Source: Ostreococcus lucimarinus (taxonomy: Eukaryota). From it: a stretch of 64,000 bases of DNA. The DNA lies in NCBI GenBank assembly GCA_000092065.1, contig CP000582.1. One strand, written 5' to 3'. The number at the start of each line of letters is the position of its first letter. Within the stretch, counting starts at the first letter, position 1. The position numbers were made by a program, and so were the translations under genes. This document shows, one piece after another, positions 9,174 to 18,583 of this stretch. The notes under the pieces are model-generated. The model was not told the DNA's origin. It worked only from the letters and a program-made list of their open reading frames with translations, and searched no databases.

Positions 9174-9951
9174 TGTTCGCCGCTACCTCGCAGACCACGA
9201 TCCTCCGCGCGGTGCGTAAAACTCGTTCCCTCGCGTCGACGCCGCGCGCGCGAGGCTTGGACGCCGCGCGCGCGCGCGCGACGAACCCGAGGCCGAGACG
9301 GTTCGACGCTGCGTCGGATCGCGCCTCGATCGACGAGTGATCGCTCGGCGAGCGTGGGCGCTTTGATGGCGCTGACGACGCGCGCGATGCTTCGAACGCC
9401 GACTGACGATCACTACGAACGATGTTCCGAACCACAGACGGCCAAGCCGACCAACGCGCGACGCTCGCGCCGCGTCGCGACCGCGGCCGCGGCGGATAAG
9501 CAGGAGTCGCGCCGCGCGGCGCTCGTCGCCTTCACCGCGGGTACGTACGATTGTCGCCACGCGCGCGAAACTCGGCTTTCGACGCGATGAAAAGTTTGAG
9601 ACGCCAGAGTGCGCTCGCCATCGACGAACGAAGGCGATGCTCGAGTGTTATATCAACGACTGACGACGAACTCGACGTTTCCTCGACGCAGCGGCGTCCA
9701 TGGCGGCCAAGTCGGCGTTGGCCATCACCATTCCGTCCCAAGCCAGTAGCGGCGGTCTCGGCCGCGAATCCGGCATGGCGTTCTCCTCCACGCAAGCGTC
9801 GAGCTCTGGTTACACGTTGGAAGGCACGAAGAAGACGGGCATGTCGGTGAAGACGAAGCGCGGCACCCTCGCGTCCGTCCGCGCGGCCGCCGAGGCGGAA
9901 GTTAACGCGCCCAAGGCTGCGGCGGCGAAGCCGGCGAAGGGTAAGAAATAA
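9174..9951 (+). CDS. Three-exon small gene encoding a 133-aa Ala/Lys-rich basic protein with a transit-peptide-like N-terminus; function unknown
   Basis: Exons are 9174-9212 (MFAATSQTTILRA), 9438-9540 (phase 0 to phase 1) and 9692-9951. Donors are GTGCGT (9213) and GTACGT (9541), and acceptors are ...ccacAG (9437) and ...cgacgcAG (9691). Each intron carries ACTGACGA 27-30 nt before the AG. Frames are consistent across both junctions. Exon 3 has about 85 % GC3 and is followed by an AT-rich 3' UTR. Confidence 0.6.
9213..9437 (+). other. Intron 1 of the three-exon small gene (GT-AG)
   Basis: Donor GTGCGTAAAA. The branch-like motif GCCGACTGACGATCAC has its CTGAC at 9403-9407. The acceptor is gttccgaaccacAG. 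Confidence 0.55.
9541..9691 (+). other. Intron 2 of the three-exon small gene (GT-AG, phase 1)
   Basis: Donor GTACGTACGA. Branch CAACGACTGACGACGAA (CTGAC 9660-9664). Acceptor tttcctcgacgcAG. Confidence 0.55.
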
Positions 9952-10078
9952 GAGGATAGTGAGGACGGTGGTCGCTACTACGTATTTCCACTTAGATGCT
10001 ACAAAAGACTATGCTAATGTTTGTAGGAGCAACAGGCGTGACCTAATAAATATTACTCATCACGACGCCGTCTCGGAC

Positions 10079-11188
10079 CTAATATCCGATACCCCCGTCG
10101 TCCCGCGATCCACGCACGTGCGCAAGTAATGAGTGTACCGCCTCGCACGATGCAAAAATGCTCGCATGAAGTGGAAACGCGCGAAGAAGCGCCATGTTCA
10201 AGCCTCGAAACAGCACCATCGGTCCTTCGCGCGAGACAGATTTCATCGCGCAATCGAGAACGCCTGAGTACACACCGGGCGCCGCGGCTTGAATCCTACT
10301 CTTAGTGACATCCAGCGGATACGTCAAGAGCCATTGGACCGCACCGGCGCTTCCGCCCGCGAGCACGATAGCGGCGGCTCGCGTCGACGGCGGCGCGTCT
10401 CGAGCGTCGACGCCATCTCCGCACAACTTTCGCATACACACGCTCTTCAAACGGTCGTACGTAAGAAAGTACACAGCACACTGAGGGATCTCTCGCGCGA
10501 TCGTCGCTCCGGTACCGGCGAATATTCCCTTCATCACGCCATGTTCTCGCGCGAGCGTAAACGCCGTCGAAGTCGCGCTACGATATCGCCCGCTGTCGCA
10601 ATCCACGACTTGTTGGATCGTTTTCAATCTCTCAGCCGGGCCGCGCACGAAGCTTGACACTAAACCCGCAGATGCTCCGCTGACCACTCCTGCAAGCGTG
10701 GTAGATGCCGCCTCGGCTCCGAAGGCTTCTTCTATCGAGTCACGTACGTACGCGTTGGTGCTAAACGCCACGGCGTTGATGGCGCCGTACGCTAACATCG
10801 GCGCCGTGAGACCGCGATACAGACCACGTGCACCGTCCTGTGCCACCAAACTTTTCGCCACACACATCGCTCCCCTCGTCGTGTTCACCATCGCCGTCGT
10901 CACGGCCGGCGCCGGCGCTTGGAGTCGCGCCTTCACAGTGTCCAGCGGGTGCACCAACGCCAATCCAACCATGCCCGCAACTTGCCCGGCGATGGCGTGA
11001 TCGTATGCGCTCACGTGTCTGTGTTCCATCTTTGGAGACTCAGCTCGCGCACGTGCGCCGAGCGTGGAGGTTGATGCGTCCGACGTCATCGACCGTCCGG
11101 CGGCGCGCGCGATGTCGTCGTTGAGCGTCAGTTCTCGCGTCGTCATCGACGCCGGCGTCGACGCGGACGAAACATCGATCGCAGACAT
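10079..11188 (-). CDS. Mitochondrial carrier family (SLC25) protein
   Basis: 369 aa with three carrier repeats carrying Px[DE]xx[KR] signatures: HPLDTVKARLQ, GPAERLKTIQQ and YPLDVTKSRIQ. Confidence 0.85.
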   Translation of the reverse strand: MSAIDVSSASTPASMTTRELTLNDDIARAAGRSMTSDASTSTLGARARAESPKMEHRHVSAYDHAIAGQVAGMVGLALVHPLDTVKARLQAPAPAVTTAMVNTTRGAMCVAKSLVAQDGARGLYRGLTAPMLAYGAINAVAFSTNAYVRDSIEEAFGAEAASTTLAGVVSGASAGLVSSFVRGPAERLKTIQQVVDCDSGRYRSATSTAFTLAREHGVMKGIFAGTGATIAREIPQCAVYFLTYDRLKSVCMRKLCGDGVDARDAPPSTRAAAIVLAGGSAGAVQWLLTYPLDVTKSRIQAAAPGVYSGVLDCAMKSVSREGPMVLFRGLNMALLRAFPLHASIFASCEAVHSLLAHVRGSRDDGGIGY

Positions 11189-11423
11189 GTCGCGCGCGCG
11201 AGCACGCGTGTGCGCGCGCGAGCACGCGACGTTCGCGCGTCGCGATGCGGCCGATGGACTGCGAGCAGGCTCATCTTGAATCTCTCGATTTTATCCTGTG
11301 CCCCGAACAGGTGGAGGTGGAAGTATTACATGTATTGCACGTTTGTGTTGCACGCGTCGACCCACGCGTCATCGTTCACGCGCGACGCGCGTTTCGCACT
11401 CATTCTATTCAATCGTCGTCGCA

Positions 11424-12527
11424 TCAGAACGTCGTCTCCGGAGGCCCGCCGCGTCGGAGGAATGACAACCAACGCACCGACTCGAGCCTCTTGACGAGGG
11501 AAGCTTCAAAAGCGCGCTCGCCGTGATTTGTCACGAGCGACCACGAGCTTTCGTCCGGGATGATTTCTTGAAATAAAAGATCGACATCGCCCTCGTTATC
11601 AACGACGCGCATAGACTTGCCCTCGATCTCGCTCAACGTTTTAATCTGCAGCGACATCTTCTGCGAGCCGGGGCCGAAGACGCACGCGACGTCCGCCTTC
11701 GTGGTGTGCGCGGGTACGCGAACCTTAAGAGTCACTTCTTCGTCGTCTTGACTCCATTCGAAATCCTGGTGCGGACCCGGGCGCTGTGAAGGATCTAAGG
11801 GCGCCTTGGGCGCGGCTTCGGCGTCTAAGTCTACCGCGCCTTTGGCCTTGAACTCGGCCATGGTGCGCGCGATGTCGCCGACGTTTTCTTGGCGTTCGAC
11901 CGCCAACGTCTTGGCCTTCATTATCCACGCCGCATCGCTCGAGCACTCGTCCAACGTGAAATCTAATCTTTTGAACTGATCGTCGTCGTCGAATATCCGC
12001 GCTATGAACGCGTCACCGAGTACTTGCTGCGGTGACCCCGCCTCGGCGCTCATGCGACTCGCTCGCACGTTGGTCGGCAAACCTTTGGATATTCCTCGAT
12101 CGTCCACGTACATGTTCACGTGCACGAACCCGGTTTTTTTCGACCCGGGCAATAAAGGCACGGGTTGCGCCATCTGCATCGACAGCGCTGCCGCCATCAT
12201 ATCGTCCGACAGCGTCTTCGCGCCGCCGCCGCCGCCGCCGTCGCCGTGGCTCTCCAGCTGCGCCTTTAGTATTTCCTTTTGTTTCGCCTCGTCTCGTCCG
12301 TGCGCGCCGTCTTTCGCGCCTTCGACGCGAAAGTGTAGGCGCAGCGCGTCGAGCAAGCACTCCATCTCTCGTTCGCGCGGGATGACCATCACGCGCTCCT
12401 CCATAGCGCGCGTCTCGTCCCACGGCACGAACACGTAGCGAAACGCCAACCGATCGACGCTGACGTCGTCGTTCGCGGTGCCGAGCAATCCGCGCGCGAT
12501 TCGATCATCGCTCGCGTTCGTCGTCAT
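11424..12527 (-). CDS. CS (p23/NudC-like) domain protein
   Basis: The ORF is open from a GTG at 12614 and the first ATG is at 12527. The C-terminal CS/NudC-like beta-sandwich is FEWSQDDEEVTLKVRVP...SSWSLVTNHGERAFEASLVKRLESVRWLSF. A Gly-rich linker precedes it. Confidence 0.55.
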   Translation of the reverse strand: MTTNASDDRIARGLLGTANDDVSVDRLAFRYVFVPWDETRAMEERVMVIPREREMECLLDALRLHFRVEGAKDGAHGRDEAKQKEILKAQLESHGDGGGGGGAKTLSDDMMAAALSMQMAQPVPLLPGSKKTGFVHVNMYVDDRGISKGLPTNVRASRMSAEAGSPQQVLGDAFIARIFDDDDQFKRLDFTLDECSSDAAWIMKAKTLAVERQENVGDIARTMAEFKAKGAVDLDAEAAPKAPLDPSQRPGPHQDFEWSQDDEEVTLKVRVPAHTTKADVACVFGPGSQKMSLQIKTLSEIEGKSMRVVDNEGDVDLLFQEIIPDESSWSLVTNHGERAFEASLVKRLESVRWLSFLRRGGPPETTF

Positions 12528-12919
12528 CTTCACCCCAGCGCGTCGCGCAGTGTCGCATCGGTCCGTCGAGCGTCGCGTCCGCGCACGGCGCGCAGCGGCG
12601 CGGGCGAGCGTCACGTCGCGACGCGCACGGACGCGGCACGCGCGCGCGGTGCTCGGACGGCGCCCGGACGCGACCAGACGCGCGCGACCGCGAGTCTCGT
12701 CGTAGTCGCGCGCGAGAGAGAGCTCGAGCGCGCGCGCGCGTTCGCGTGCGCGGTCGTTCGTTCGTTTGATTGATATTTGGATTAGATTCGACGTCGGTCG
12801 TTTCGTCGAGGCGCGCGCGCGACGACGACGGCGACGAACAACGTCGAGCGGTGACGATTGATCGCTCGAGCGGACGCGGGACGAGCAGCGGGAGTGCGGA
12901 AACGCGGCGAACGAGCGCG

Positions 12920-14341
12920 ATGGCGTCGGCGAGCGCGAACGCGGGCGCGGCCGCTGCGCCCGAGCGCACGCTCGGAACGGTATTTCGCAAGGTATTGAAG
13001 ACGCTTTGGGTGCTTTTGTGCGCGCTGATCGTTATAGCTCTGCCATTCGTGTCTTACGACATGAAGAAGCATGATTATCAGACGCATTACATCGCGTGGT
13101 TCATCGCGTTTGTCTTCGTCGCGTTGTCGTTGCCAATCACGCTGTACGAAGTGACGCAGCACCTGGAGAATTATCGTGCGCCGAGATTACAGCGACACGT
13201 GATCAGAATATTGTTCATGGTACCAATTTACGCCGTGAACGCGTGGTTGGCGTTGAGATTCAGGTCGAACACGATTATTTTCGATACGGTTCGCGAGTTT
13301 TACGAAGCTTACGTCATCTACAACTTTTACACATATTGCATCGTGTATCTTCAAGAGTTTTGTTCACCTGGGCTGTCGTACATCGTCGCGCGTAAGGCGA
13401 CACAGCCGCACATTTGGCCGCTGAACTTGTTCCTGCGCGCACCCAGAATGGGTGAGCCTTTTCTGCGACTTTGTCGGCACGGGGTGATCAACTACGTCGT
13501 CGTGCGACCGGTGACGAGCGCGGCGGCGTTCATAGCCGACGGCAATGGCGTGTACGGTGAAGGGCAAATCTTGAATCCATGGGTGGCGTATCCTTACTTG
13601 GTTTTCATTAACAACTTGAGTCAGGCGTGGGCGATGTATTGCTTGATTTTACTGTACAAGGTGATGTACCGAGAATTGGCCCCGATAAACCCGTTTTGGA
13701 AATTCGTCAGCGTCAAAGCCGTGGTCTTCTTTTCCTTTTGGCAATCCATGGCGTTCGCGGTGCTCGTGAAGACGGGGATTATTTCCGCCGACGATCAAGC
13801 GTGGGCATCCGATTACGACGCCGCGGAGTTGGCGAACGGTATTCAGGCGTTTTTCATCTGCATAGAGATGTTCTTCGCCGCCATCGCGCACTCGTACGCG
13901 TTCCCACCAGAAGAGTACAACATGGGCCAAGCCGCGGCTCCACAGAGGAAGTTTAGCGAAAACATCATCGAACTTTTCGATGTGCGTGATGTGTACCAAG
14001 ACATCAAGAACTTTTGGCAGCAACATCGAGATAGACTGACGGGAAACTACAATCCTGGTGTCGCTTCGCCCGTACCGTTGCATCGATCGAATATCGCTCG
14101 AGATCGTAGGCACGAGGATCAAGGTGATCGAGCGATGATGGACATGAGCGCTGGACATGGTAAGTCACTAGAAGAAATCGAAACCGAAACACTGCTCTCG
14201 CACGCCGTCGGCGACGATCAGTTTGAACTCGTTGTGAGTAGCGGCGCCGATGGTGACGAAGCCATCGTCATCGACAGCGTTTCCTCCGACGGAGGATTAC
14301 TTCCACTCCACGCCGAGCGCGCTCGTTCGCACGATGCCTAG
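12920..14341 (+). CDS. TMEM184 / organic solute transporter alpha-like (DUF300) multipass membrane protein
   Basis: The ORF is open from a TTG at 12770 and the first ATG is at 12920. Hallmarks are YEVTQHLENYRAPRLQRHVIRILFMVPIYAVNAWLAL and FYEAYVIYNFYTYCIVYL, with seven predicted TM helices. Confidence 0.85.
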   Translation: MASASANAGAAAAPERTLGTVFRKVLKTLWVLLCALIVIALPFVSYDMKKHDYQTHYIAWFIAFVFVALSLPITLYEVTQHLENYRAPRLQRHVIRILFMVPIYAVNAWLALRFRSNTIIFDTVREFYEAYVIYNFYTYCIVYLQEFCSPGLSYIVARKATQPHIWPLNLFLRAPRMGEPFLRLCRHGVINYVVVRPVTSAAAFIADGNGVYGEGQILNPWVAYPYLVFINNLSQAWAMYCLILLYKVMYRELAPINPFWKFVSVKAVVFFSFWQSMAFAVLVKTGIISADDQAWASDYDAAELANGIQAFFICIEMFFAAIAHSYAFPPEEYNMGQAAAPQRKFSENIIELFDVRDVYQDIKNFWQQHRDRLTGNYNPGVASPVPLHRSNIARDRRHEDQGDRAMMDMSAGHGKSLEEIETETLLSHAVGDDQFELVVSSGADGDEAIVIDSVSSDGGLLPLHAERARSHDA

Positions 14342-14455
14342 GATGAATCGTAGTTCGCGCACCATTAGCACAATTAATGTAACTTCTAGGCTCAGCATTC
14401 TATTCCATCTGACAACCGGAGAAGCCAACCTCTAACCGCCGAGGCGCCGCACTCT

Positions 14456-15532
14456 ATGACTGGTCACACCGACGCGGTCGTGGAGCGCAATTTCAACCGA
14501 TGGCTCGAGCGCGTCCAAGATAACCCCGTGCGCTTTCTCTCGCGTGCCGAGAACGACGAAGGTTCGGGCGTCTCGCGCGCGTTTTTCCTCGACGTCCGCG
14601 ATGCTCAGCACTTTGCCTCGACTCGACTTCGATGGTCCTCCAACGTCCCTCTGCGCGCGCTAGACGAAGGTGCGGCGTATTTAATACCTCCTCGTACCGC
14701 GCGCTTCGCGCTTATTTGCGACGCCGACGCCAACGTGGACGAAGCTGCGAAGAAATTCGAGAGCGACTTCAAAGGCGTCGCGTGGTCGCTCGAAGCTGCG
14801 TTCGCGGGGACACCGGCGTTCTTCGACGCGTGTGCTGCGATCGACGAAAGCGACGCCACAGAGTCAAAATATAATGGGTTGTTTGAAGTAGTTCGCGGCG
14901 GTGGTACGCCCGCACCTCGCGATCGACTTCGACTTTGGCAGCCGTCGCCGGAACTCGCGAGGTGGTTGCCGAGCGTCGAGCGCAAGATGGATGCTTTCAA
15001 AGACGGCAGGCGACCGACGTGCTTGGACGTGGGATCAGGCGCGGGACGAGATGCAGTGTGGGTGGCGAGTCGCGGATGGAACGTCGTGGCGATCGATAAC
15101 GATAAAAGGGGATTGGATCGGTGCCGCTCTTTGGCAGAACGACACGGCGTGGAGGCGAGCGTTCGAACGCTCGATTTAGATTTGAATAAGCGTGCGTCCG
15201 AAGAGACGCTCGCTACAATCGACAAAATACTCGCACTTGAGTCATGGTCGCCCGTTTTAGCCGTATACGCGGTGAGATATCTTCATAAACCGTTCGTACG
15301 AGACCTGCCACGGATGTTGCCGAACCGAAGCGCGGTGTTGTGGTTTCATTTCATGCGGGGATGCGAGCGCACATCCGTCGGACGACCGACGAAAGACCGC
15401 GATTTGCTCGAGCCAAACGAGCTGCGTGACGTATTCGCACTCTGGGATGTCATCATCGACGACGTAGTGGAGCTACCAGATGGGCGGCCGGTGAGCTCGT
15501 TTGCGGTGGTACGCGGTGCAAAGGAGGTGTAA
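14456..15532 (+). CDS. Fusion protein: N-terminal rhodanese-like domain plus C-terminal TehB/TPMT-like SAM-dependent methyltransferase
   Basis: Rhodanese-like block FFLDVRDAQHFASTRLRWSSNVPL...ALICDADANV (Cys loop non-canonical). Methyltransferase motif I CLDVGSGAGRDAVWVASRGWNVVAIDND, then LDLDLN, PNELRDVFALWDVI, closely matching the bacterial TehB layout. Confidence 0.65.
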   Translation: MTGHTDAVVERNFNRWLERVQDNPVRFLSRAENDEGSGVSRAFFLDVRDAQHFASTRLRWSSNVPLRALDEGAAYLIPPRTARFALICDADANVDEAAKKFESDFKGVAWSLEAAFAGTPAFFDACAAIDESDATESKYNGLFEVVRGGGTPAPRDRLRLWQPSPELARWLPSVERKMDAFKDGRRPTCLDVGSGAGRDAVWVASRGWNVVAIDNDKRGLDRCRSLAERHGVEASVRTLDLDLNKRASEETLATIDKILALESWSPVLAVYAVRYLHKPFVRDLPRMLPNRSAVLWFHFMRGCERTSVGRPTKDRDLLEPNELRDVFALWDVIIDDVVELPDGRPVSSFAVVRGAKEV

Positions 15533-15562
15533 ATTTACAAGGTGTAATGAACGGAAAAGTAG

Positions 15563-16315
15563 CTAGCTTGATAAAACCTTAAGTGAACCCGAAGCGTTCT
15601 CCTCGCCCGGCAATCGCTTCTCGTTGTCGTGCATGATGAGCACGAAGAGATTACCCTTGTCGCCTCGCGAAACGCGCACTTCGTCGTCGACGTAAGTAAT
15701 GTCCAACGCCCCTCGCGCTCGCTCGGGTGCGGTGACTTTAATCAAACCACCAAACACAAAAAACTTCTTAAACTGTACCTTGACCGCGGAATCGCTCGTG
15801 GGCGTCAACTCTGCGGCTACGGCGTTGTAAAACGGCCACGTCTCGCGATTTCGAGCGCGCAACGACTCGGCGTCGATTGTTTGGTAAATCTTCCCGCTCG
15901 GGCGTAAAAAAGCCGGCTTTTTCGTACCTAAAATGCTCGCAGACGTCGTGTAAACCAATTCCCACTCGCCGTTGATGCACGGTGCGGCGAGTGATTTCGG
16001 GTTTGGATTGAGCGCTTCGAGCGCTGTTGCCAGAGCGTCCACGTGAGCTTTTTCCTCATCGCTCGCCTTCACCCCGCGCTCGAGCGGTTCGATCGCGCTC
16101 AGCAGCGCTCTCTTCGCATCCTCTCGCGCTTGCGCGTCGGGCGCCGATGCAGTCGCTCTCGTCAACGTCTTTCGCGCCGTCGATGTTGTCGAAGTCGTCA
16201 ACTTCTGCGTCAACTTCGGCGTGTTGGCCGACGACGAAGACGCCGTGCCGCCACGCGTGCGCGCACCGATGGAGCGTGGAGCGACGTTCATCGTCGTTAC
16301 CGTCATGGCGCGCAT
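15563..16315 (-). CDS. Fibrillin / plastid-lipid-associated protein (PAP) family, chloroplast-targeted
   Basis: The ORF is open from a GTG at 16402 and the first ATG is at 16315. PAP_fibrillin signatures are GEWELVYTTS...LRPSGKIYQTIDAE...VKVQFKKFFVFGGLIKVTAP...LDITYVDDEVRVSRGDKGNLFVL. The N-terminus is Ser/Thr/Ala-rich. Confidence 0.8.
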   Translation of the reverse strand: MRAMTVTTMNVAPRSIGARTRGGTASSSSANTPKLTQKLTTSTTSTARKTLTRATASAPDAQAREDAKRALLSAIEPLERGVKASDEEKAHVDALATALEALNPNPKSLAAPCINGEWELVYTTSASILGTKKPAFLRPSGKIYQTIDAESLRARNRETWPFYNAVAAELTPTSDSAVKVQFKKFFVFGGLIKVTAPERARGALDITYVDDEVRVSRGDKGNLFVLIMHDNEKRLPGEENASGSLKVLSS

Positions 16316-16471
16316 CGTGCTCGAGCGTCGCGTTCGACAGTGAGGAACGGCGTGCGGAGCGGTGCGGTGCGGTGAGGATAATCTTCTACTTCGTGGTATC
16401 ACACAAGAATTGGTTAAATTGATTTTACGTCACGAGCGGCGAGCGAAAAGCGAACATCTGTCTAGCAACAA

Positions 16472-17753
16472 TTAAGCTTCATCGACGCTCATCACAACGC
16501 CTTCGGCGGCTTGCATCTTCTCTCTGAACTGGCGACCCATGTCCTCAGCGGTCTCGAACACCGCGGCGGGGTTGCGAAGCATGTCGCCGTGGTTTTGCTC
16601 AAGCTTCTTCGTGCTGAGCGACAAACGGCCTTTCTCGGCATCCTTGGACATGACCAACACCTTGATGCGGTCACCCGGAGAAAGCACGTTTTCGACGGCG
16701 ACGATGCGCTCGTGCGAAATTTGAGAAATGTGCAACAATCCACTCTGACCGCCGACGTCCACAAACGCGCCGTACGGCTTCACCGCTTGCACCATGCCCT
16801 CCACGACGTCGCCAACCTCTAAGCCTTCCGCGGACACCATGTCCGTCGCCAACCGATGCGAAAGCACGAGTCGGTTCTTCTCCTCATCAACCTCGATAAA
16901 CTTGAACGGCAATTGTTGACCGATCAACTCCTCGCGGTTGAGCGTCCGCACGCCGATGTGGCTTTGCGGCACGAAACCGCGAAGCTTTTCAACTTCAACG
17001 AGCAAACCGCCACGGTTAACGCTCAAGACGTCACCAGTGAGTGCGGCATCATCCGCCTGCGCCTCGCGGCAGCGATCCCAAGCCTTCGCGAGCTCCATGC
17101 GGCGCACCGAGAGCGTCATGCAGCCCTCGCCGTTGTCGTCCTGAATGATTTCGAAGTCGTAGTCGCAATCGATGTCGAACACCGCCGCAGCCTGCGTTTG
17201 CACAAAAAACATCGCGCGCGTGATTCGTCAGTCTCGCGGTCCCTGGTATCGTCGCAATTTCTCCCTCGTTCGCGCTGGATCGCCGTCGTCTCTCTCTCTC
17301 GCGGCGACCTAAAAGCCCTAGGTTTTATCCCGTGCCGTCGCGTCGCCGTCGTTCGTTGCGATACGATGCGATCGCGCCCGCGCGCGCGCGTGGCAACGAA
17401 TAAAACGAATATATACTCACGTTGCGCACGTTTCCGAGCGATGCCTCGGACGTCGGGCACAAAGCCTCGCTCTTCGCCCCGATTTCAACCCACGCCCCTT
17501 TCGCGTCGCACGCCTTGATTTTCCCGCTGATGACGTCCCCGACCTTGTAGTTGTACTGGTACTTGTCCAACAACGACGCGAACTCGGTGTACGCCGCGCC
17601 GGTCTTCCCGACGTCCACGTCCTCGCTCACGATCGCCTTGCGAACGATCGCGCGCGCGGGCGCTCTTTGCGCGCCGTGCGTCGAGCGCGACGAGACGAGG
17701 CTCGCGCGTCGCGCGCTCATCATGGAGGTGTGCGTCGTCGTCGTGGCGAGCAT
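16472..17753 (-). CDS. PRPS1: Plastid ribosomal protein S1-like (bS1c), two coding exons
   Basis: Exon 1 is 17421-17753 (transit peptide plus first S1 fold, ...EASLGNVRN) and exon 2 is 16472-17191 (AAAVFDIDCDY... with S1 domains GDVVEGMVQAVKPYGAFVDVGG...). The intron 17192-17420 has donor GTGAGT and acceptor caaacgcAG, is phase 0, and carries the branch motif GAGACTGACGAAT. The ORF is open from a GTG at 17795. Confidence 0.8.
17192..17420 (-). other. Intron (229 nt, GT-AG, phase 0) of the plastid S1 gene
   Basis: On the minus strand the intron runs GTGAGTATAT...CGCGAGACTGACGAATCACGCGCGCGATGTTTTTTGTGCAAACGCAG. The CTGAC of the branch motif is the reverse complement of 17227-17231, 34 nt before the AG. 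Confidence 0.8.
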
Positions 17754-18457
17754 GGCTGATACGAACGAACGAAAACTTGTTTCGATGTGCGTCACCGCGC
17801 GCGGCGAGGCGTCGACGTGTGCCGACCGCGCGGGCGCCGAATCGCGTCCTCGCGGCGGCGAGACGTCGAAGCCCCCATCGCGGGCGGCGGGGATGGTGGG
17901 GGAGTGTGATGGCTTTATTTTGTGTCATTATGCGTACACGGAGGCGATCTGTGAGATAAGTACGTCATAAATCACGTCACGACTGAATACACACATACGC
18001 GTACAGACGTCGTTATCGGACATTCGGCGCGACGGTGGATTCTCGCCTCGACGCAATCGCGCGCTGCACAGGACGAAGTGCGTCGCACGTGAAACGCGCG
18101 AGATGTCCACGGCGGCGGCGCGCGCGCTCGCGGCAGTCGTCGATGCAGAACGGAGCGGTACGTCGAGGGCGCGGCGCGACGCACACGCGCGATGTGCGCG
18201 CGCGATGAGATGAAGGAATCGCGTTTGGATGCTGATGCCGATGATTGACGCGACGAACGATGGATGGCGGACGCGTCGACGCATTCGACGACGACGCACC
18301 GCGAACGAATCGATCGCGATCGATGCGCTCGTAGACTGACGCGGGTGATGACGCACACGCAGTGACGAACGTGGCGAAAGGGCGGGTGTTGAACCGAATG
18401 GAGGAATACGTCGACGTCGAGCGTCGCGAAGACGGCGAAGACGCGAGCGCGTTGGAG

Positions 18458-18583
18458 GTGCGATGATGACGACGCGCGCGAAGTGACACGAACCCTCGCG
18501 CGTGAAATGACGTCTGATGCGTCGCAAACGGTCCGAGACTGACGATTCTACGGTGCGGATGCCGACGACGTACCCAATCTAGG
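18458..18583 (+). other. Candidate 5' intron of the WD40 gene (126 nt, GT-AG)
   Basis: Donor GTGCGATGAT. Branch CCGAGACTGACGATTCTAC (CTGAC 18539-18543, 40 nt before the AG). Acceptor gtacccaatctAG. The interval contains in-frame stops. Confidence 0.5.
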
